A stretch of DNA of 64,000 nt from Candidatus Gastranaerophilales bacterium (GTDB taxonomy: Bacteria; Cyanobacteriota; Vampirovibrionia; Gastranaerophilales; Gastranaerophilaceae): NCBI GenBank assembly GCA_944327225.1, contig CALVGZ010000002.1, positions 20,579-84,578 on the forward strand. Direction: 5' to 3'. Positions 12,225 to 19,068 of the stretch are shown one piece after another (within the stretch, counting starts at the first letter, position 1; each line of letters opens with the position of its first letter). The notes below the pieces were generated by a model. The model was not told the DNA's origin. It did not search any database and saw only the letters and a program-made list of their open reading frames with translations. The position numbers and the translations under genes are program-made.

Positions 12225-13526
12225 ATGACAATAGCTGATTCAACTCTCATAGTTGCAGATGATTTAACCGGTGCAAATGATACTGCCTTACAGTATTTTA
12301 AAAATGGTTGCAATACAAAAATTATAATTGATTGTACTCAAGATTTTTCCGATATTGAAAATGTTGATATTTGGGCAGTTCCCACTGAAAGCAGGAATAT
12401 ATCAAAAGAAGATGCTGTTAAAAGAGTTTTAATTGTAACAGAAAAATTAAAAGAAAATCTTGGAATTGAAAAATTTTATAAAAAAATCGATTCAACTTTA
12501 AGAGGTAATGTTGGTGTTGAAATTATTGCAATGCTTGAAACTACTCAAAAAGAAGCAGCAATTATTGCCCCTGCTTATATTGAAGAAGGCAGAATTACTG
12601 TCGGCGGATATCAACTTTTAAACGGTATTCCAATAGAAAGAACTCAATGTGCTCTAGATCCTAAAGCCCCTATTTATGAATCTTATATTCCCGATATATT
12701 AAAAAAGGACTTAAATTCAAAATTTGAAGATTTAATTGATGTGATTAGCTTAAAAACTATAACTAAAGGTGCAGGACCTATAACTTTAAAAATTAATGAG
12801 TTAATACAAAAAGGTAAAAAATTAATTGTTTTGGATGCTGCATCTTGCGTTGATTTAGAACAGATTGCTTTAGCTATAAATAAAAGCGGTCATGACCTAC
12901 TTCCCTGCGGAAGTGCCGGACTAGCAAATGCTTTTAATAAAATAAATGATAATAATATTGAAAGTAAGCATATTAAACATATTCCAAATGTCGCAAGAAT
13001 GATAGTTTCGGGGTCTGCTACCCAATTAAGTGCCAATCAAATTCAAAAATTAAAAGAAGAAAAAAAAGATATTTTCTTTGTCGATTTAACAGTGAAAGAT
13101 GTTATTAAAGAACCAGAAGATAAACTTATAAATTTAATTTCCGAAAAATTAACTCAAGGAATTGATGTAGTTGTTCATTCATCTGATATAAATAAGGAAA
13201 TTTTGGATGATGAAACATCAAGTGTCTTAATTGATGAAGGTATTGCAAAAAACGAATTTTCCGGAAAAATTACAGATTTTATTTCAAGCCTTGTTCTTGA
13301 AGTTAATTTAAAAAGTAAATTTATTCTTGTAATGATAGGCGGAGAAACCTCTTATAAATGTGCTTTAAAGATTAAATCAGCGTATTTTGAAGTCTTGGAT
13401 GTAATTTTACCTGCAATTCCATTATGTATGGATATGCACGGAAAAATTATCGTTACAAAATCAGGCAATTTTGGAAACCAAAATACATTAATCGATATTT
13501 TAAATTATTTTGACAGGTTAAAATAA
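12225..13526 (+). CDS. four-carbon acid-sugar kinase family protein (DUF1537)
   Basis: 433 aa. N-terminal IVADDLTGANDTALQ motif and C-terminal nucleotide-binding half (GGETS..). Its stop overlaps the downstream pdxA-like start (TAATG). Confidence 0.7.
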   Translation: MTIADSTLIVADDLTGANDTALQYFKNGCNTKIIIDCTQDFSDIENVDIWAVPTESRNISKEDAVKRVLIVTEKLKENLGIEKFYKKIDSTLRGNVGVEIIAMLETTQKEAAIIAPAYIEEGRITVGGYQLLNGIPIERTQCALDPKAPIYESYIPDILKKDLNSKFEDLIDVISLKTITKGAGPITLKINELIQKGKKLIVLDAASCVDLEQIALAINKSGHDLLPCGSAGLANAFNKINDNNIESKHIKHIPNVARMIVSGSATQLSANQIQKLKEEKKDIFFVDLTVKDVIKEPEDKLINLISEKLTQGIDVVVHSSDINKEILDDETSSVLIDEGIAKNEFSGKITDFISSLVLEVNLKSKFILVMIGGETSYKCALKIKSAYFEVLDVILPAIPLCMDMHGKIIVTKSGNFGNQNTLIDILNYFDRLK

Positions 13527-14413
13527 TGAAAAAATATAAAATAGCTATTACAACAGGCGATAAAAAAGGTATTGGAAAAGAACTTGTTATAAAAGCTTTA
13601 AATAAATTAAATTTTGAACGCGAAGATATTTTAATTGTCGGTGAAAAGCTTGATTTAAATTATGATTTTATTGAAATAGATGAAAAAGATAACGGAACAT
13701 TTTGTTATAAATCACTTGAAAAAGTTTGTTTTATGGCAAAACAAGGATTAATAAAAGGAATTGTAACCGCTCCAATCTCAAAGGCAGAACTTCATAAATC
13801 AGGTTATTTTTTTAACGGTCAAACAGAAATTTTAGAAAAATTACTCGCTAAAGAAAACCAAAAGGCTCAAATGCTTTTTATCGCAGACAGTTTAAGGGTG
13901 ATGCTTTTGACTCGTCATTTAGCTTTAAAAAATGTTAATTTAAGTATTGAAGATATAATTTTTAAAACTGAAATTTTAAATAATTTTTTAATTAAAAAAT
14001 GTAAAATCAAAAACCCCTTGATTGCCTTTTGTGCTTTTAATCCTCACGCAGGTGAAAACGGTATATTAGGCAGAGAAGAAATAGAAATTTTAAATCCTGC
14101 TGTTGAAATTTTAAATTCCAAAGGTATTAATATTTTAAAACCAATGAGTGCTGACGGACTTTTTGCTAAAGTCGGAAAAGATTATCTAAGTGGAAAAAAG
14201 GTTCAATATGATGCTATTTTAGCTTGTTATCATGATCAGGGATTATGCCCCGTTAAGGCTATTGCAATGGAAAAAGCAATTAATACTACAATAGGACTTG
14301 ATATAATCAGAACATCACCATCCTCGGGAACGGCCTATGATATAGTTGGAAAAAATATTGCAAATCCCAATAGCATGATTGAAGCAATAAAACTGGCTAT
14401 GAATTTAAGTTAA
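13526..14413 (+). CDS. pdxA: PdxA-family 4-hydroxythreonate-4-phosphate / 4-phosphothreonate dehydrogenase
   Basis: 295 aa. TTGDKKGIGKEL, NPHAGENG and ACYHDQGL..K motifs of the PdxA/PdxA2 family. Confidence 0.8.
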   Translation: MKKYKIAITTGDKKGIGKELVIKALNKLNFEREDILIVGEKLDLNYDFIEIDEKDNGTFCYKSLEKVCFMAKQGLIKGIVTAPISKAELHKSGYFFNGQTEILEKLLAKENQKAQMLFIADSLRVMLLTRHLALKNVNLSIEDIIFKTEILNNFLIKKCKIKNPLIAFCAFNPHAGENGILGREEIEILNPAVEILNSKGINILKPMSADGLFAKVGKDYLSGKKVQYDAILACYHDQGLCPVKAIAMEKAINTTIGLDIIRTSPSSGTAYDIVGKNIANPNSMIEAIKLAMNLS

Positions 14414-14488
14414 TTTTTTTTAAGTTAAATTGAATTTAATTTCAAACAAAACTTTTTATACTTTTAAATCCATTGAAACAAAAATTTA

Positions 14489-14510
14489 AAACGTCGCAAT
14501 CGTAGTGCTT
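14489..14510. repeat. repeat C, copy 1 (aaacgtcgcaatcgtagtgctt)
   Basis: Identical 22-mer to 14591-14612. Extends to 28 nt (14483-14510 vs 14585-14612) with 1 mismatch. Confidence 0.95.
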
Positions 14511-14534
14511 CGGGTCAAACTCAACGTTTGCCCC

Positions 14535-14556
14535 TATCGCACCGGCTTCGCGGTTC
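14535..14556. repeat. repeat B, copy 1 (tatcgcaccggcttcgcggttc)
   Basis: Identical 22-mer to 14639-14660. Confidence 0.95.
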
Positions 14557-14590
14557 TGCTCCTGTCAAATTCGCCTTCGGCAAGAATTTG

Positions 14591-14612
14591 AAACGTCGCA
14601 ATCGTAGTGCTT
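14591..14612. repeat. repeat C, copy 2
   Basis: Identical to 14489-14510; offset 102 nt. Confidence 0.95.
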
Positions 14613-14638
14613 AACTCGCTTTCTGAACGAAAGCTCGT

Positions 14639-14660
14639 TATCGCACCGGCTTCGCGGTTC
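14639..14660. repeat. repeat B, copy 2
   Basis: Identical to 14535-14556; offset 104 nt. Confidence 0.95.
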
Positions 14661-14702
14661 CTCGAGCCGTTCGCTGGACTGTCGTCCGCTCCTTGGCTCT
14701 CG
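14661..14702. repeat. repeat A, copy 1 (ctcgagccgttcgctggactgTcgtccgctccttggctctcg)
   Basis: 42-mer matching 14770-14811 with a single T/C difference, which falls in the apical tetraloop of the predicted hairpin. Confidence 0.95.
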
Positions 14703-14769
14703 TGGGGTACGGACTACGCACTTGGCACGAGCTCAACGCTCCTGCCTGCGTGCTTCGCACACCTTTGCC

Positions 14770-14811
14770 CTCGAGCCGTTCGCTGGACTGCCGTCCGCTC
14801 CTTGGCTCTCG
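14770..14811. repeat. repeat A, copy 2
   Basis: 42-mer with 1 mismatch to 14661-14702; offset 109 nt. Confidence 0.95.
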
Positions 14812-14845
14812 GGTGCAGTCGCACTACGTTTCGCTCGGCTCGGGA

Positions 14846-15712
14846 CTACATCCAATCGTTAACCTGAACTTTTTGATTTGTTTTCGTGCAAATAGTACAC
14901 TTTTCACAATCTAAATAATTAATTTTTGAACAATTACTCAAAGATGAGCCTAATCTTGCTCTATAATCATCAACCAACATTGGACAAGAATATACTCCAT
15001 TTTGCGAGACTACTCTTGAATTATAGCAATCTAACTTTTTAATTTGTATATTTTCTATCATTTCAACTTGGTTTGTTTCATCTGATTTTGAAAAGAAAGG
15101 AATAATTTTTAAATTAATATCTTCTATTTCAAAACCTTTTTTAGAAAAATAATTCCTAAATTCATTGAAAATTTCTTCCTTTGGACGATTTTTATAATTT
15201 ACAACACTAATTATCGGGTTAAATTCATATTTTAAAAGGCTCATAATAGCACAAAGTGCTTTTCTAAAACTTCCTCTGCCTCTTAATTCATCATTTTCAA
15301 TTTCATCAACCGAATCAAGACTTATTCTATAAATTGTTTCAAATTGACTTTCGTCATCAATTTTTCTCAAAAATCTTGCCTTTTTATCATTTATCATAAC
15401 CCCGTTTGACATAACCGTTGTATTTGAAATTTTAAGACACATTCTTAAAATTTGATTGAAATCGGGGTGCATTAACGGTTCTCCACCTGTTAAATATATT
15501 GAATTTAATTTTTTACCTTTAACGAGCAAAAGTGATTGTTTTATTTTATCCAAAGAAATAAAATCTTCTTCATTTCTAAAAAGATTTCTTTCTATATAAC
15601 AATATTTACATTTTAAATTGCAAGTTTTTGTACAAAGTTGAAAAAATAAATTCTGTAATTCCTCTAGTTCGACCTTCGGGGGCGTCATAAACATACTCTT
15701 TTGATTTTGCAT
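14846..15712 (-). CDS. radical SAM enzyme with C-terminal Cys-rich SPASM/twitch-like domain
   Basis: 288 aa. CNLKCKYC (CxxxCxxC) cluster motif, GGEPLMHPDF, and a C-terminal C-x9-G-x3-C ... C-x7-C-x2-C-x2-C pattern (CYNSRVVSQNGVYSCP...CSKINYLDCEKCTIC). Confidence 0.75.
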   Translation of the reverse strand: MQNQKSMFMTPPKVELEELQNLFFQLCTKTCNLKCKYCYIERNLFRNEEDFISLDKIKQSLLLVKGKKLNSIYLTGGEPLMHPDFNQILRMCLKISNTTVMSNGVMINDKKARFLRKIDDESQFETIYRISLDSVDEIENDELRGRGSFRKALCAIMSLLKYEFNPIISVVNYKNRPKEEIFNEFRNYFSKKGFEIEDINLKIIPFFSKSDETNQVEMIENIQIKKLDCYNSRVVSQNGVYSCPMLVDDYRARLGSSLSNCSKINYLDCEKCTICTKTNQKVQVNDWM

Positions 15713-15875
15713 TAGTTTTATTCTCCTTAATTTAAAAAATATTTTATAAATTAAAAATGTAAATTAAAATTAGTCATCTGGGTATATTTAAAAATCGTCG
15801 TGGAATTAAAATATTGTTTTTAACTTTCAAATTTTCTAAAAATTTGCTATACTTAGTCAAGAGAAAGGCAGACTT

Positions 15876-16205
15876 ATGAGTGAAAAAGAAAACTACAGCA
15901 AACGTTGGTATGATAAAGACCCAATTTTAAAAGAAGCACTTGAACTTTTAAAATTATCAACAGATGAACAAAAAGAACATGCCAAAGACTACATGCTCAA
16001 ATTACAAGAAGATGTAGCACAAGACGTGATCGAAAGAATTTATCAAATAGTAACCCAATATCAAGGTAAGGGAAATCGTTGGTACGATAACGACCCTGTT
16101 ATGATTAAAGCTGTTGAAATGTTAAGACAAGCAGACCCAAAAACTCAAAGAATAGCTGCCCTAAAATTACTTTTAGCACTGGAAAAAAACAGTTTTGATG
16201 ATTAA
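15876..16205 (+). CDS. hypothetical helical protein with internal duplication (RWYDxDP repeat)
   Basis: 109 aa. KRWYDKDPILKEALELLK (res ~9-26) is repeated as NRWYDNDPVMIKAVEMLR (res ~67-84). Good SD (agagaaagg). The 3' end overlaps the folE2 start by 11 nt. Confidence 0.55.
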   Translation: MSEKENYSKRWYDKDPILKEALELLKLSTDEQKEHAKDYMLKLQEDVAQDVIERIYQIVTQYQGKGNRWYDNDPVMIKAVEMLRQADPKTQRIAALKLLLALEKNSFDD

Positions 16206-16995
16206 AGATGTCCAAAATCAAAAAGATTTAAGGAATATTCCAATTCAAAAAGTCGGGGTTAAAGATGTTGAAATTCCTTTAAAAATTGAAAGGAAAACAA
16301 ATGCCGAAAAACCCGAGCTTGAAACAGTTTATGCCAAAGCTAAAATGTCTGTAAGCCTGCCTTCTCATTACAAAGGCACTCACATGTCCCGCTTTATAGA
16401 GATTTTAAATCACTATAAAAAAGAAGGTTTGTTTGCAAACGACATTGAAACCATTTTGTTTGATATGAAAAAAAGACTGGATGCTACCTGTTCATATTTA
16501 AAATTCAGTTTTAAATATTTTATAAAAAAGAAAGCACCAATAAGCAAACTTGAGTCTTTAATGTGTTACGATTGTGCTTTTGAAGGAGAATTAGACGAAA
16601 ACTGTAATTATAAATTTTACCTTATAGTTAATGTTCCGATTACAACTCTTTGCCCTTGTTCAAAAGAAATTTCGGAATTTGGAGCACATAATCAAAGAGC
16701 AATTTTAAAAATTAAAATAAGTTACGGTGAAAATGAACAAATTTGGATTGAAGATTTAATTAAAATGGCAGAAAGTTGTGCCTCATGCGAAATTTATCCT
16801 CTTTTAAAACGTCAGGATGAAAAATTTGTAACAGAAACCGCATATAAAAATCCAAAATTTGTTGAAGATGTCATAAGAGATGTAGTAATAAAATTAAACG
16901 AAAACAAAAAAATTATTTTCTATGAAGTTGAAATGGAAGCGTTTGAATCTATACACAACCATAACGCTTGGGCTTACCAAAAATGTTACAAATAA
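16195..16995 (+). CDS. folE2: GTP cyclohydrolase I type 2 (GCYH-IB / FolE2)
   Basis: 266 aa. KGTHMSRF, TLCPCSKEIS..GAHNQR motifs typical of FolE2/MptA. Confidence 0.88.
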   Translation: MMIKDVQNQKDLRNIPIQKVGVKDVEIPLKIERKTNAEKPELETVYAKAKMSVSLPSHYKGTHMSRFIEILNHYKKEGLFANDIETILFDMKKRLDATCSYLKFSFKYFIKKKAPISKLESLMCYDCAFEGELDENCNYKFYLIVNVPITTLCPCSKEISEFGAHNQRAILKIKISYGENEQIWIEDLIKMAESCASCEIYPLLKRQDEKFVTETAYKNPKFVEDVIRDVVIKLNENKKIIFYEVEMEAFESIHNHNAWAYQKCYK

Positions 16996-17008
16996 GTTAT
17001 AATAAAGT

Positions 17009-17902
17009 ATGATTGAAATTAAGAACATAGTTTTTGTTAACTGTAATTTAAACCCTATAAGGGAATTTTTGTGTTTTATTAATCACCTTTTACCCTTAAA
17101 GTTAAAATTTGCAAATGAAAGCTTTGTTGCCCTTGTAGATAAAAAAAATCAAGGATTAATTACTCTTGATAAAGATTCAAAAAGCCATACTCGTTTTAAA
17201 ATAACAAAATTAATTTTGGAAGAAAACTCTGCAGATATTGCTCATCAACTGGTAAATTATGTAATTTCAAGATACAGAGCTATGGGAGCTAATTCTTTTT
17301 ATGTTGTTGTCAATGAAAAAAGAGCTGATTTATTAAACATTTTCAGAAATGATTTAAACTTCAGAAACTGCGGTTTTGAATATCTTTATAAAATTAATTC
17401 AATAAATACAAGCTATTCATTATTCTTAAAACCTTTTAAAAAAGAATTTGTAAAAGAAGTTTGCAATTTTTATAATGAAGGTATAAATTCCTTCAACAGA
17501 TTTTTATTTGCAAGACAAAATTATCAATTTTTGAACAAATGTTATAAATATATATTTTATGATGACAATAACAAAATTTTAGGATATTTTGAAGTAGCAA
17601 CAAAAAATAACCACGATTTTTACATTAATTTTACAATAGATTTCGCATATAACATATATTTAACAGATGCTATTAAATTTATTTATTCAAAATTATCCCA
17701 AAAAGCAAAAAACTTTAATTTATATATTAAAGTTAAAGACTATTTTATGAATTCAAAAGAACTTCTTGCAATTTTAAACGAAAACAACATGGAATTTATT
17801 TCTAAAAGTCAAATTCTAGCAAAAGACTATTATAGAGAAATTAAACAAGATAATATTTTAAAAAATGCAAAAATTATCTTTAATGACCCAACAACAGCTT
17901 AA
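17009..17902 (+). CDS. hypothetical protein (possibly GNAT-like fold)
   Basis: 297-aa intact ORF with no motif I can assign confidently. The segment ..LVNYVISRYRAMGANSFYVVV.. is weakly acetyltransferase-like. Confidence 0.4.
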   Translation: MIEIKNIVFVNCNLNPIREFLCFINHLLPLKLKFANESFVALVDKKNQGLITLDKDSKSHTRFKITKLILEENSADIAHQLVNYVISRYRAMGANSFYVVVNEKRADLLNIFRNDLNFRNCGFEYLYKINSINTSYSLFLKPFKKEFVKEVCNFYNEGINSFNRFLFARQNYQFLNKCYKYIFYDDNNKILGYFEVATKNNHDFYINFTIDFAYNIYLTDAIKFIYSKLSQKAKNFNLYIKVKDYFMNSKELLAILNENNMEFISKSQILAKDYYREIKQDNILKNAKIIFNDPTTA

Positions 17903-19068
17903 AAATTTTCTTTTAAATACTGCTTACATCCATTTGTAATTGCTTTTGCAATGATTTTTTGAAATTTTTTATCTGAAATTTTTTCAGCTTCTTCTTTTCT
18001 TATAATATATCCGCACTCAATTAACACACTGACGGGTAAACTTGCTCTTGTTATAGCAAAAGATGCATAGTTGACCTTATCGTCTCTGAATTTTGTATCA
18101 GAAACTAAATTTTGTTGAATTTTTTGGGCAAGAGATTTAGCCTGCGGATGATAGTAATAGGTGCCTACACCATATTTTTTATCTATATCCTTAGGATTTG
18201 GAAGAGAATTTTGATGAATTGAAAGTAAAATATCACTATCTTTTTCTTTTGCATAAAAAATTCTGTCATACAAATCAATTTTTTTATCTCTGCTCCTTGT
18301 TAAATATACTTTTGCACCCTGTTTTTTAAATTCTTTTTTTAATTTTTTCACTATTTGTAAATTAATATTTTTTTCTTCCAACCCAAAACAACATGCTCCT
18401 TTTTCACTTCCACCATGTCCTGCGTCAAGCGTTACTTTAATATTTTTTAAAGGTTTATTATGGTTAATTTTCGGAGATTTTTTAACTGTTAAAATATAAC
18501 CATCTTCATAACTTTCAACATTATAACCAAATAAAGGCTTTTCATTTTTATACTTTATTTTTAAATCGTCAACAAACATTAAAGGCAATTCAAAAGCACC
18601 GTTTTTATTCGAAATTTTAGTTTGAATAGGGTCAAAATAATTATCATATAAAGTAAAATCAAGATTATTACCTTCTTCGTTTATAATATAAGTGCTTTTA
18701 AAATCAGTTTCTATATTCAATTTATATTTATTTTTTTCTTCTTTAAAAATAATTTTTTTAACATTATCAATCCTTTTTTCAGGAATTATTGCTTGAACTT
18801 CAACATATTTCTTGTTTATCCAAAAATATTTATTTTCTTTTAATTCAACCCTAAAATAATCTTTATTTTCTTTATCTGCAAACAAAACACTGCCTTTATA
18901 TAAATGAGTTACTCTTTTTGCATTTTCATTTGCTTTATCTCTTAAAGGAGTATTATCTTCTACAACCTCTAAAACCGCATATTTGGCAATCCCAACATCT
19001 TTTAGTTCATCAAGTGCTAAAACATTTTGAAATAATAATAAAATCAATAAAAATAAAAACTTTTTCAT
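17899..19068 (-). CDS. N-acetylmuramoyl-L-alanine amidase (Amidase_3) with N-terminal SH3-like domain
   Basis: 389 aa with a signal peptide. LDAGHGGSEKGA..E..NL....L.......G..V.LTR..D......R......DILLSIHQNS catalytic pattern. Confidence 0.85.
   Translation of the reverse strand: MKKFLFLLILLLFQNVLALDELKDVGIAKYAVLEVVEDNTPLRDKANENAKRVTHLYKGSVLFADKENKDYFRVELKENKYFWINKKYVEVQAIIPEKRIDNVKKIIFKEEKNKYKLNIETDFKSTYIINEEGNNLDFTLYDNYFDPIQTKISNKNGAFELPLMFVDDLKIKYKNEKPLFGYNVESYEDGYILTVKKSPKINHNKPLKNIKVTLDAGHGGSEKGACCFGLEEKNINLQIVKKLKKEFKKQGAKVYLTRSRDKKIDLYDRIFYAKEKDSDILLSIHQNSLPNPKDIDKKYGVGTYYYHPQAKSLAQKIQQNLVSDTKFRDDKVNYASFAITRASLPVSVLIECGYIIRKEEAEKISDKKFQKIIAKAITNGCKQYLKENF

Larger units (their letters stand above)
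14483..14845 (-). ncRNA. candidate novel structured RNA: GC-rich, internally duplicated, hairpin-dense island (class unknown; strand tentative)
   Basis: My hand count gives 58-67% G+C in the rows 14521-14580, 14641-14700 and 14701-14760, against A/T-dominated flanks. Three repeat families each occur twice. At least 10 stem-loops share loop motifs (GUUSA x3, C-GAA-G x4 on the minus strand). There is no ATG/GTG/TTG-initiated ORF on the minus strand. The island starts directly after the stop codon of the radical SAM gene and ends in a U-rich tract on the minus strand. Tandem G-A mismatches and G-U wobbles favour the minus strand. Confidence 0.5.

Noticed and set aside
14483-14845. CRISPR array interpretation of the repeated 22-42-nt modules
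   Set aside because: Each repeat occurs only twice. The three repeat families differ in length and sequence, and the spacings (102/104/109 nt) are far larger than repeat-spacer periods. The variable segments are themselves hairpins, and no cas genes are in the window.
14483-14845. Known housekeeping RNA (tRNA, tmRNA, RNase P RNA, SRP/4.5S, 5S, 6S) or group II intron domain V
   Set aside because: I found no GGTTCGAATCC-type T-loop or cloverleaf, no GAGGAAAGTCC (P4) RNase P core, no tmRNA tag or 3' tRNA-like end, no GGAAGCAGCCAAGG-type SRP domain IV in a proper helix, and no D5-like AGC...GNRA hairpin. This is by-eye motif matching only, and an Rfam scan is still needed.
14483-14845. MITE/IS remnant or horizontally acquired high-GC DNA fragment
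   Set aside because: There is no transposase or target-site duplication. The only terminal inverted repeat is the imperfect 11-nt AAACG..UAGUGC pairing. The dense local hairpins with conserved loops fit an RNA better. This is kept as the main alternative hypothesis rather than fully excluded.
14607-14914. Plus-strand ORFs of 86 and 73 aa inside the GC-rich island (track entries 14607-14867 and 14693-14914)
   Set aside because: Their composition (Ala/Arg/Pro/Ser/Leu from GC-rich codons) is completely unlike every real gene in this window. They overlap each other and the 3' end of the radical SAM gene. They have no SD and are explained by the lack of A/T-rich stop codons in GC-rich sequence. 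The minus-strand frames lack any ATG/GTG/TTG start.
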